Positions 9,718 through 18,530 of a stretch of 64,000 bases of DNA are shown here, one piece after another (the first letter of the stretch is position 1; the number at the start of each line of letters is the position of its first letter). The stretch is taken from contig JBHLMN010000007.1 of NCBI GenBank assembly GCA_048938105.1, positions 64,001-128,000 on the forward strand. Reading direction: 5' to 3'. Below the pieces are notes generated by a model. The model was not told the origin of the DNA and searched no databases. It saw only the letters and a list, made by a program, of their open reading frames with translations. Source of the DNA: Promethearchaeota archaeon (GTDB taxonomy: Archaea > Asgardarchaeota > Heimdallarchaeia > Hodarchaeales > Hodarchaeaceae). A program made the translations under genes and the position numbers.

Positions 9718-10668
9718 GTGAAACTATTGAATACAAAATCAATCTATAAACAAGAGATCACAGTCTTTCAACCAGAAGCACAAATGAGAACAATTCTCAG
9801 AGTTCAAACGGAAGCTTTAATGGCTATACACGAGTTTTTGCATCAAAAAGGATTCCTACAACTTATGCCTGTAATTCTCTCTCCCATTACAGACCCCCTA
9901 AGCCATCCTGTTTATGAAGCTTACATTGATTATTTAGGACAGCGATTCCAATTGACTAAAAGTATGATATTCCACAAACAAATCGCAATCGCATCTTTAA
10001 ATGTTGATGGTCTTTACATCATGTCACTAAACGTACGGTTGGAAATAAGTGATCTTCAAAACAGTGAGAAACACTTAGTGGAGTTTACACAATTAGATAT
10101 CGAACTAAAAGAGGCAACAGCTAATGAGTTCATGTCTTTAATTGAGGATTTAATTATCTACATTATTTTTAAGGTAAAAAATTCTTGTAGAGCAGAATTA
10201 GAAAAAATGGGCATTAACCTTCATATTCCTCGAAAACCATTTAATGTATACTGTAGTTGGGACTTACAGGAGAAATATGGAAGCGATTTTGGATCCCAGA
10301 TATCTTTTCTAGAAAAAGATCCATTTTGGATCACTGATTTTGAAAGAGAATTCTATGATAGAGAGAATCCTAGAAGAAAAGGCCATTACATCAATTATGA
10401 TTTGTATTACCCCGAAGGTTTTGGTGAAGCTCTCTCTGGAGGAGAACGTGATTATGAATATGAAACACTCATGAGAAAAATAAAAGAGCGAAAACAAGAC
10501 TACAAACAATTCGAATCCTACCTAAGATTGTCAAAACAGAGGAAACTGGTTCCTAGTGCTGGTGGAGGTCTAGGAATTGAAAGATTAATTCGATTTCTTA
10601 CCAAAAGGAAGCATATTAGAGATGTAACCCTTTTTCCTAAAGTTCCAGGTAAAAAAGTCGACTTTTAA
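9718..10668 (+). CDS. asnA: Archaeal asparagine synthetase A (AsnRS catalytic-core paralog)
   Basis: SPITDPL, LTKSMIFHKQ, HLVEFTQLD, EALSGGER, SAGGGLGIERL; class II aaRS core with no anticodon-binding domain. Confidence 0.88.
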   Translation: MKLLNTKSIYKQEITVFQPEAQMRTILRVQTEALMAIHEFLHQKGFLQLMPVILSPITDPLSHPVYEAYIDYLGQRFQLTKSMIFHKQIAIASLNVDGLYIMSLNVRLEISDLQNSEKHLVEFTQLDIELKEATANEFMSLIEDLIIYIIFKVKNSCRAELEKMGINLHIPRKPFNVYCSWDLQEKYGSDFGSQISFLEKDPFWITDFEREFYDRENPRRKGHYINYDLYYPEGFGEALSGGERDYEYETLMRKIKERKQDYKQFESYLRLSKQRKLVPSAGGGLGIERLIRFLTKRKHIRDVTLFPKVPGKKVDF

Positions 10669-10948
10669 AAGAATAATCAAGAAGTTTGAATAAGAAAATC
10701 ATCAATTCTTAATGTCGAAAGGCGGCCCTTTTGTCAGATGGTTTTAGGAGTCAGGAGCTTCGGTTTCAAAGTATTCAGTCTGACATGAATTGTAATGAGG
10801 AAGATCTCAAGTTTATTAATCGGTAAGTTGCTCTTTCGATAATTTTTTATCATCATTGTCACATCTTACATGAACAGAACTTTTAACTATAATTACAAAA
10901 CTTATTAAAACCTAGTCCTTTTGTTAGATTATAGTAAAGGTGATCTGG

Positions 10949-12985
10949 ATGAATCTTAGGACATTATTCTTTTTATCCATACTTGTAACCTCAATTACGG
11001 GAATTTTGGTCACAAATGTTGCTACTATTCAATCTGAGTATACTGAACCGATCTACCAAGATACCAGTGGCGAGGCTATGAGTGTCTATGTACAGGATAA
11101 CTATGCGTTCGTAGCAGATAAAGATAGTGGCCTTGCGATCATTGATATCGCTGATCCGCTGAATCTTAGTGATCCAATCTATGTACAGACAAATGGAGAC
11201 GCGTGTAATGTTTATGTCTATAACGATTATGCTTATGTTGCTAACGGCTACGAAGGTTTGGCAATAATAAGTATTAGTGATCCCCTCAACCCTGGTGATC
11301 CAATCTATAAAAAACTAGATGATTATATAACCGGAGTTTTTGTGGAAAATAGCTATGCTTATCTAACTTTTGTAGGTACCAGTCAAAATGGTCTTGCAAT
11401 TATTGATGTTAGTGATCCATTGAATCCTGGTGACCCAGTTTATAGAAAAACCAGAGGGGAACCTATGGATCTCTTTATTAGAGACGATTATGCCTACATA
11501 GCTGATTCCTACGGAGGTTTAGCAATAATTAATATAAGCGATCCACTCAACCCTGGGAATCCAGTCACAAAAGACATTACTGGGGATACACAAGATATTT
11601 TTGTGAGTGGAGATTATGCTTTTTTAGCAGAACACAGTAATGGATTAGCAATTGTAGATATTAGTAATCCTACAAACCCTGGTAACCCAATTTATTGTAC
11701 AACAATTTCTTTGGCAGAAGGAGTTTATGTTCACCAAGGAACTGTTTTTGTTCCCCTTCAATCTGGAGGTTTAGCCATAATTGATGTCACAACTCCTGGA
11801 AAGCCTGGGAAGCCACAATATCTCCCATTGAAAAGCAGTGGCCTTGATGTTTATGTTAGCGGCAACTATGCTTATGTAGCTGCTGCTGTTTCTGGATTAG
11901 CAATTATTGACATTACTGATTTAACGATTTTAGGAACCCAACTCATTTATCAAAGTATCAGCGGAACAGCACAAGGAGTCTATATTAAAGACAATTATGC
12001 TTTCATAGCTGCTGGGGAGGCAGGATTAGCTATTATTGAAATATCTGATCCCCTGAATCCAAGTCACCCGATATATTGTGATACCAGCGGTTGGGCAATG
12101 GAAGTTTTTGTCAAAGATGACTTTGCTTACATTGCTGATGGGTCTAAAGGATTAGCAATTGTAGATATCAGCGATCCCACAAATCCTAGCACACCAATTT
12201 ACAAGGAAACGACAAGTGAGGTACGAGATGTTCATGTATATGGCTCCCACGCGTTTATTGTAGATCGGGATAGCGGATTAGGAGTTATTGATGTTAGCGA
12301 TCCGTTACATCCAGGTGATCCAAAATACAGAAGTGTAAATACTCAAAATCCCCGCATTTTTGTGAGTAATAATATTGCTTATATCCCCTGTGATGAGAGT
12401 GGATTGGCAATTATTAATGTCAGCAATCCTTCATACCCTGAAGATCCAATATATATTGACACATTTGGACAAGCTACAGATGTTTTTGTAGAAAATGATA
12501 TTGCTTACGTTGCAGACGGAAGTAATGGATTAGTAGTTATTGAGGTAAGTGATCCGCACAACCCAGGATATCTTGTTTACCAAACCACTAATGGCTTTGC
12601 GATGAGTGTTAATGTTAATGACCGTCATGCTGCTGTTGCAATCGATGTAGATGGAGTAGCAATTATTGATGTTACTGTTCCCCAGAATCCTTGTGATTTA
12701 GTGGTTCAAGATACAATTGGTTATGCTGCAGATATATTCATTGCTAATGGATATGTGTTCGTTGCTGATTCTCATGCAGGACTGGCTATTTTCAAGATAA
12801 CAACAATTTCCACAACTACTGAGCCTCTAACAACCACAATAACGACTACAAACCCCCTAACGACCACAACCACTACGACTACTGAATCCCCTACGATAAT
12901 ACCTGGTATAACTTCTGGGTATGGGCTATTATCTATTTTTATTGTTCTATTTACTTTGGTATATATGAGAAGAAGAAAAAGCTGA
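10949..12985 (+). CDS. Secreted LVIVD-repeat beta-propeller surface protein with Thr-rich stalk and C-terminal TM anchor
   Basis: Signal peptide, about 14 YAYVAD..GLAIIDISDP repeats, poly-Thr linker, SGYG-TM-RRRKS. Confidence 0.92.
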   Translation: MNLRTLFFLSILVTSITGILVTNVATIQSEYTEPIYQDTSGEAMSVYVQDNYAFVADKDSGLAIIDIADPLNLSDPIYVQTNGDACNVYVYNDYAYVANGYEGLAIISISDPLNPGDPIYKKLDDYITGVFVENSYAYLTFVGTSQNGLAIIDVSDPLNPGDPVYRKTRGEPMDLFIRDDYAYIADSYGGLAIINISDPLNPGNPVTKDITGDTQDIFVSGDYAFLAEHSNGLAIVDISNPTNPGNPIYCTTISLAEGVYVHQGTVFVPLQSGGLAIIDVTTPGKPGKPQYLPLKSSGLDVYVSGNYAYVAAAVSGLAIIDITDLTILGTQLIYQSISGTAQGVYIKDNYAFIAAGEAGLAIIEISDPLNPSHPIYCDTSGWAMEVFVKDDFAYIADGSKGLAIVDISDPTNPSTPIYKETTSEVRDVHVYGSHAFIVDRDSGLGVIDVSDPLHPGDPKYRSVNTQNPRIFVSNNIAYIPCDESGLAIINVSNPSYPEDPIYIDTFGQATDVFVENDIAYVADGSNGLVVIEVSDPHNPGYLVYQTTNGFAMSVNVNDRHAAVAIDVDGVAIIDVTVPQNPCDLVVQDTIGYAADIFIANGYVFVADSHAGLAIFKITTISTTTEPLTTTITTTNPLTTTTTTTTESPTIIPGITSGYGLLSIFIVLFTLVYMRRRKS

Positions 12986-13027
12986 CTAATCCTCTCAATT
13001 GTCTCCAAAAGTGGATTATCTTCCAAT

Positions 13028-13455
13028 TGGGAACATCTAGTGTTACCTCGTAATTTTGTCCATTTCTAAGTACACTTCATAAACTTCAATGACCTCGCCT
13101 GAACTAAAGTCCGCTTTTACCTGATCCTACAACCAGTGTATCAGGTAAATTTTCCCTCTCCATTATATAGTTGTATCTATTAGCCCAATTCACCCTTGTG
13201 TAGGCATTTACACTACCAGTTTGAAAACCATCTCTAACACTAAAAACTAGATATCGCTTACTACTAACTATAGAAAGAGTATGAATCGGACTCCCTAGAT
13301 AATCAGGGTTGTCGTACATTGCTAAATTTCCTGTATAGGACGTTTCTTGCCGAATAGCTATTACACTATAATTGTTGTCTTAGACAGTCAGAGTATAATC
13401 TTCTTGACCATCAGAAATGATAAATGCCACATCTGCTTGGATAACATTCACTGTT
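13028..13455 (-). pseudogene. Decayed fragment of a secreted beta-sandwich (PPC-like) protein
   Basis: Frame ...GQEDYTLTV*DNNYSVIAIRQ...MYDNPDYLG... has an in-frame TAA; two frameshifts restore DFSSGEVIEVYEVYLE.GQNYEVTLDVP. Confidence 0.5.
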
Positions 13456-13509
13456 AACAAAGTCAGTGTGAAGGATTTTACAAAGATTATGTTCTTATTT
13501 CTCTGTTTT

Positions 13510-13977
13510 TTATTGGGAAATGAATATTCTAAAGTTAGAGCCAAAAACACTAAATAAAACTGCGAAAACCCCTGAGAGAATAATTATTGGAAAAACAAAG
13601 AAAAATCCGAAAATAAATAGCAGAACTATGAGCATATTCCAAGTGGAAGCTGATATAGGTTCTCTGAAGAGAGTCACCCCAGCTATGACAGAGAGGCAGA
13701 AAACAGTAATTATTCCAGAAATAAAGACTGAAACAATTCCCGTCATGTGTTTCTTACTAGAAAAACTAACAATGAAGGAACTTATGGCAGCAGGAAATGA
13801 TAATGGAATCACTTGATCCAAAATTTGATGCATAAAACTCACATCGCTATAATCCCTGTTTCCCCAAAATACCCAGAAGAATGCCATTAATAGGAAAAGA
13901 AAGTAAATAATCACCCCCATTAAGATGTATTTTTTATCCTGTGTGATTAAGAGAAACCTCGACCTATTTTCGTTCAC
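13510..13977 (-). CDS. Hypothetical 4-TM membrane protein
   Basis: 155-aa ORF with four hydrophobic segments. Confidence 0.6.
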   Translation of the reverse strand: MNENRSRFLLITQDKKYILMGVIIYFLFLLMAFFWVFWGNRDYSDVSFMHQILDQVIPLSFPAAISSFIVSFSSKKHMTGIVSVFISGIITVFCLSVIAGVTLFREPISASTWNMLIVLLFIFGFFFVFPIIILSGVFAVLFSVFGSNFRIFISQ

Positions 13978-14122
13978 TGGTAGGCATCCTGATGGGATTT
14001 TGCTCTTTTTCGCCTCACCTTGGGGTACTTGTCACTGTATGGTTTTTTTCCTCAAAAGATTTTCTGTTGATGCTCTTTTCGAGGATTCATGTTTTCTCCG
14101 ACCCTGAGTCATTCTGGATTTT

Positions 14123-14311
14123 TTACTTTGATCCCCTCTTTTTTTTCTCTAGAACTCCTGGAAACTTCCAGAGATAGTATTTCCGCCCAATTTTACTGGT
14201 GCGTTCTTTCATGTGAATCAAGTTTTCCTCTGCTAGTTGTTTTAGCAGCATATCACATCATTTATAGTCGAATGAGAGGTTGTGTTGGAGTAGTGTCTTC
14301 TCCACATCCAT
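14123..14311 (-). pseudogene. Winged-helix protein remnant with in-frame TGA
   Basis: MDVEKTLLQHNLSFDYK*CDMLLKQLAEENLIHMKERTSKIGRKYYLWKF...; helix plus GRKYYLW wing pattern. Confidence 0.4.
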
Positions 14312-14315
14312 TGTG

Positions 14316-14370
14316 ATTCCGCTGTTGGTAGTTCACACAGTGTTATTGGCCAGGCAGGTTACTATCTTAC
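14316..14370 (+). repeat. Third, orphan copy of an internal segment of the 14651-16438 gene
   Basis: ATTCCGCTGTTGGTAGTTCACACAGTGTTATTGG (34 nt) identical to 15114 and 15795, then about 4 mismatches in the next 21 nt. Confidence 0.9.
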
Positions 14371-14373
14371 GGA

Positions 14374-14467
14374 AAAAATGGGATATTCAATGTCGAAAGC
14401 ATCGGATCCCTATCCAGACCATAACTATTTCAAATTCATCAATAGTTGCAATTGATTCGTTACCACG
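14374..14467 (-). pseudogene. Displaced copy of the purH 3' end (direct repeat of 16441-16534)
   Basis: 94 nt with about 11 mismatches; encodes RGNESIATIDEFEIVMVWIGIRCFRH* versus PurH RDSESIEAADEFKIVMVWTGIRCFRH*. Confidence 0.92.
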
Positions 14468-14650
14468 CCTCAATCACCTTTGACTAACCTTTTTATTTCA
14501 AAACATCACCTGATTATAGAATATGAAAAAGATATTTAAGAAAAAGAATTGAATTTATGAGACATATCTCTTCAATTAGGGTTGTTTCAATTTACCAAAA
14601 CAAGAAGAGAGAAGGCCTTCAAAATGAAATAACGAGGAGTGAACTGAAAA

Positions 14651-16438
14651 ATGCCAAATCTGAAAAAAGCAGGTATATTAATTTTAATTTCTTTTCTTAT
14701 AATTTTCATGTTAACAAAAACCTCAATGGTTACCTCAGAGACCAAGCCACTTGACACTAAATGGACATCGGATGGTAGTTCATTGATAGGGTGGAGTCAA
14801 TGTCATGGTGATCCAACGTATGAATCAGAAAGTGAATATATCTGGGATGTAGAATCATATGAAGATGATTTTACTCCTGAAAACAAATCTTTGAGTACAC
14901 AGTTTTGGGATCCTAATTATGATACGGATGAAGTTTATAGATGTGCAGGAATTTTTCGTCTTGAACTAGGTTTAAACGAGTCAACTTGGATCCTTGAGTT
15001 AACGGTCAGTTTTGACGTTACCAACACAAATACCTTTTCTTTCCTAGGTGATATAGGGATTATCATTGACAACGCGAATAAAGAACCCATGCTTTTAGCA
15101 AAAATTCGTGACCATTCCGCTGTTGGTAGTTCACACAGTGTTATTGGTGAGACAGGCTACTATCTTACCGATAGTTCATATAGTCAAGTGATTTATACAA
15201 CTGCTAACTCTACTGATCGAGATATAGACAGTGGCACGTTTGCAATGAAAAAGAACTCTAGTGGCATCTTTATTTACTTCCCTGAAGAAATTCCTGATGG
15301 TTCTGGTTGGAGATTACTAGCAGATAACACAGCAGCTCTACAGAGAGGAACCCCAACATATATTCGGCTCTATTTTTCTCGGAGACGCTTAGGTCCCGCT
15401 GACGCTCGGATCGAGAATGTAACATTTAAACAGGGTGCTAGCTGGGTTTCTGATGGTAGTAGTTTAACTACCTGGAGTCAGTGCCATGGAGACACTGCAT
15501 ATGAAACAGAAAATAGCTACATTTGGGACGTGGAATCTTATAATAATGATTTTACTCCAGAAAACAAAACTTTGAGTACACAGTTTTGGGATCCTAATTA
15601 TGATACGGATGAAATTTACCGATACGCAGGCATTTTTCGAGAGGAGCCTGGATTAATTGAATCCAATTGGATTCTTGAGTTAACGGTCAGTTTTGACGTT
15701 ACCAACACAAATACCTTTTCTTTCCTAGGTGACATAGGGATTATCATTGACAACGCGAATAAAGAACCCATGCTTTTAGCAAAAATTCGTGACCATTCCG
15801 CTGTTGGTAGTTCACACAGTGTTATTGGTGAGACAGGCTACTATCTTACCGATAGTTCATATAGTCAAGTGATTTATACAACTGCTAACTCTACTGATCG
15901 AGATATAGACAGTGGCACGTTTGCAATGAAAAAGAACTCTAGTGGCATCTTTATTTACTTCCCTGAAGAAATTCCTGATGGTTCTGGTTGGAGATTACTA
16001 GCAGATAACACAGCAGCTCTACAGAGAGGAACCCCAACATATATTCGGCTCTATTTTTCTCGGAGACGCTTGGGTCCTGCTGATGCTCGGATTGAGGATG
16101 TGAGATTCAAGTATGGAATTCCGTTACAACTGAGTACAACTATACCGATTACATCCTCATCAACGACCGAAGCTACCAGCTCAACAGAAACTACCACATC
16201 CTCATCAACAACCAAAACTACTAGCTCCACAGAAACTACCACATCCTCATCAACAACCAAAACTACTAGCTCCACAGAAACTACCACATCCTCATCAACA
16301 ACCAAAACTACTAGCTCCACAGAAACTACCACTTCAACATCAACAATGGAACCAACAGTTCAAATATCTCCTAGTTGGACATATTTCATTCTATGTCTAT
16401 CGATCCTTGTTATCCTATTAACTCGAAGAAGGAGATAG
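14651..16438 (+). CDS. Secreted surface protein of unknown function with two tandem 227-aa domains, Ser/Thr stalk and TM anchor
   Basis: Signal peptide; repeats start W(T/V)SDGSSL at 14762 and 15443 (offset 681 nt); SPSW-TM-RRRR end. Confidence 0.88.
   Translation: MPNLKKAGILILISFLIIFMLTKTSMVTSETKPLDTKWTSDGSSLIGWSQCHGDPTYESESEYIWDVESYEDDFTPENKSLSTQFWDPNYDTDEVYRCAGIFRLELGLNESTWILELTVSFDVTNTNTFSFLGDIGIIIDNANKEPMLLAKIRDHSAVGSSHSVIGETGYYLTDSSYSQVIYTTANSTDRDIDSGTFAMKKNSSGIFIYFPEEIPDGSGWRLLADNTAALQRGTPTYIRLYFSRRRLGPADARIENVTFKQGASWVSDGSSLTTWSQCHGDTAYETENSYIWDVESYNNDFTPENKTLSTQFWDPNYDTDEIYRYAGIFREEPGLIESNWILELTVSFDVTNTNTFSFLGDIGIIIDNANKEPMLLAKIRDHSAVGSSHSVIGETGYYLTDSSYSQVIYTTANSTDRDIDSGTFAMKKNSSGIFIYFPEEIPDGSGWRLLADNTAALQRGTPTYIRLYFSRRRLGPADARIEDVRFKYGIPLQLSTTIPITSSSTTEATSSTETTTSSSTTKTTSSTETTTSSSTTKTTSSTETTTSSSTTKTTSSTETTTSTSTMEPTVQISPSWTYFILCLSILVILLTRRRR
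14762..16095 (+). repeat. Intragenic 681-bp tandem duplication
   Basis: 14993-~15390 versus 15674-~16071 are nearly identical (one mismatch seen); the first ~230 bp of each unit are diverged at both silent and coding sites. Confidence 0.95.
16151..16330 (+). repeat. 4 x 45-bp tandem repeat encoding TSSSTT(K/E)(T/A)TSSTETT
   Basis: Units at 16151, 16196, 16241 and 16286; the last three are identical. Confidence 0.95.
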
Positions 16439-16453
16439 GTAAAAATGGGATAT

Positions 16454-17956
16454 TCAATGTCGAAAGCATCGGATCCCTGTCCAGACCATGACTATTTTAA
16501 ATTCATCAGCTGCTTCAATTGATTCACTATCACGTATTGATCCCCCAGAAGCGATTATTCCCCTGATACCTTTTTCTCCAGCAGCATCGATTGAGTCTCT
16601 AAATGGGAAGAACGAATCTGAAGCCAAGACAGCACCTTGTGATCTGTCATTAGCGCGGTTCAAAGCAAGTTTAACTGCTTCCACCCTCGATGGTTGTCCC
16701 ATTCCTATTCCAAGAGTTTTCCTATTAATGCAAACAACGGCCGCGTTTGATTTTACATATTTTACAACCTTCCATGCAAATATAAGATCTTTCACTTCTT
16801 GAGGAGTTGGACTTCTTTTTGTTACAACCCTAAGATCCTCTTCACCAATAACATGCTTATCAATGGATTGTGCTAATAAACCATTAGGTATCAGTCTAAC
16901 CGAGTATTGAGGCATTTCATACTTTTCGAATTTACAGAGAACAATTTTTTCTTTTCTTGTAAGAATTTCATACGCTTCTTTTTCATACTGTGGCGCAATG
17001 ATTGCATCTACAAACATTGCATTAAGTTTTATGGCTAGATTCTCGGTAATCGGCCGATTAAATCCCATTGCTGAACCGAATGCTGAAAGCTCGTCAGTTG
17101 CAAACGCATGATCAAAAGCTGTTTCAATATCCTCTGCACAAGCGAATCCACAAGGACTTGTGTGTTTAATAATAGCACAAGCGGGCTCTGTGTGTTCTGA
17201 AAAAAGTCCCATTGCCGTATGAAAATCCATTAAATTATTTAAAGAGACCTTTTTGCCATGCAATTGTTTGTAAAAAGGATTCTTATTCGATTGCAAATAG
17301 TATCTTGCATCTTGATGCCAATTTTCCCCATAACGTAAATCTTGAGGGTTCTCAAAGTTTAAGATGAAAGTAGAAGGAAACAAATCATTTGTTTTTTCAA
17401 CAAAATATTTACTGATTATGGCATCATATTTAGCAGTATAGAGAAAGGCTTTCTTTGCTAATTCCTTACGTAAATCGAGAGAAACTGTATCCCCTACAAT
17501 TGCATCACCAACGGAATTATAATCATTAAGACTACAAATGACAATAACTTCACGAAAGTTCTTAGCAGCAGCTCGAAGAAGAGTTACACCACCAATATCA
17601 ATATTTTCTGTAGTGTCTACCAAGTTATGTGGTTGTGAGATAACTTGTTGAAACGGATACAGATTTACAACTACTAGACCAAAAGGTTGAATCCCCATTT
17701 CCTTCATTTCTGATGAGTTATCAATCGTTCCAAGAATCCCTCCAAGAATTTTCGGATGTAGGGTTTTAACACGGCCACCTAGAATTTCTGGATATCCTGT
17801 ATGATTAGCAACAGTTTTAACTGGAATTTTCGCAGCATTAAGGATTTCAGCAGTTTTGCCTGTACTAATAAATGAATATCTTGATGAAACTTTCTTACAG
17901 AACTCTACTATTCCAGTTTTATCAAATACGCTAATTAATCCTTGATTTCTCTTCAT
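16454..17956 (-). CDS. purH: Bifunctional AICAR transformylase/IMP cyclohydrolase
   Basis: LISVFDKTG, GGRVKTLHP, NIDIGG, LRYGEN.HQ, KSNA, ASDSFFPF and C-terminal RCFRH. Confidence 0.97.
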   Translation of the reverse strand: MKRNQGLISVFDKTGIVEFCKKVSSRYSFISTGKTAEILNAAKIPVKTVANHTGYPEILGGRVKTLHPKILGGILGTIDNSSEMKEMGIQPFGLVVVNLYPFQQVISQPHNLVDTTENIDIGGVTLLRAAAKNFREVIVICSLNDYNSVGDAIVGDTVSLDLRKELAKKAFLYTAKYDAIISKYFVEKTNDLFPSTFILNFENPQDLRYGENWHQDARYYLQSNKNPFYKQLHGKKVSLNNLMDFHTAMGLFSEHTEPACAIIKHTSPCGFACAEDIETAFDHAFATDELSAFGSAMGFNRPITENLAIKLNAMFVDAIIAPQYEKEAYEILTRKEKIVLCKFEKYEMPQYSVRLIPNGLLAQSIDKHVIGEEDLRVVTKRSPTPQEVKDLIFAWKVVKYVKSNAAVVCINRKTLGIGMGQPSRVEAVKLALNRANDRSQGAVLASDSFFPFRDSIDAAGEKGIRGIIASGGSIRDSESIEAADEFKIVMVWTGIRCFRH

Positions 17957-18071
17957 TAAGGTACACCATTAAACGGAATGAAAAGTTACAATCCTTTTTT
18001 TGTAAATTGAGGCACAATCCCTTTCTTCATCCTTAGTCAAAGTATCTAAATAAATAGATTGGCTGGAATCC

Positions 18072-18102
18072 AAACTAGTTTTATAACAAACAAAACTAGT
18101 TT
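18072..18102. promoter_or_regulatory. Pair of AAACTAGTTT palindromes 21 bp apart in the purH/trpB2 divergent region
   Basis: Copies at 18072-18081 and 18093-18102. Confidence 0.4.
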
Positions 18103-18275
18103 ATCAAAAGAAAAGGATAAAAGAACCAACAAAAGAATTTTCTCTGCAAGTTTTTGACATCTTGAAAAGATAAGTTGGTTGGTATGTTCTTGGACTGGCA
18201 ATAACGGAGAAGAATGTGTATTCACATCTCCTAGCACTTAATCTAATCCAACTCCTTGAAATTACTATTCTTTTT

Positions 18276-18446
18276 TTGAAAATTACGAATCAGAAAAGCC
18301 ATTCTAACATATTCAACTTTTTTAATAACATATTTTCAGCGCCTCTTATCTTCTGTCTTATAACATGTTGGCGCTGGTGGCACTGGTTTTAGGGCTCTAT
18401 TAAGGTATATTGGCTACTCTTACACACCTGAGGACTTTAAGAGCTT
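18276..18446 (+). promoter_or_regulatory. Candidate Trp-rich leader peptide and attenuator-like hairpins upstream of trpB2
   Basis: TGT TGG CGC TGG TGG CAC TGG TTT TAG at 18366-18392. The frame is open from TTG 18276. Stems 18337-43/18370-76 and 18392-406/18434-46. Confidence 0.45.
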
Positions 18447-18530
18447 CTATATGCTCAATAAATTGAATCCCACTCATTTTTTCGGATGTCAATAACTTGT
18501 CAATAAAGAACGTAAAAACGAGTGAAAAAA

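Noticed and set aside
14258-14260. In-frame TGA in the wHTH remnant as selenocysteine
   Set aside because: Not a redox or selenoprotein context, no SECIS recognised, and surrounded by other decayed fragments.
14280-14483. 67-aa plus-strand ORF
   Set aside because: Chance frame across the chimeric surface-gene/purH remnant.
14316-16095. Near-identical repeats as DGR template/variable regions
   Set aside because: Mismatches are not adenine-specific and there is no reverse transcriptase in the window.
16151-16330. 45-bp repeats as a CRISPR array
   Set aside because: Head-to-tail with no spacers, in frame, encoding a Ser/Thr stalk; no cas genes.
10700-16440. Island as a provirus or IS-bounded transposon
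   Set aside because: No integrase, transposase, terminal inverted repeats, replication or virion genes recognised.
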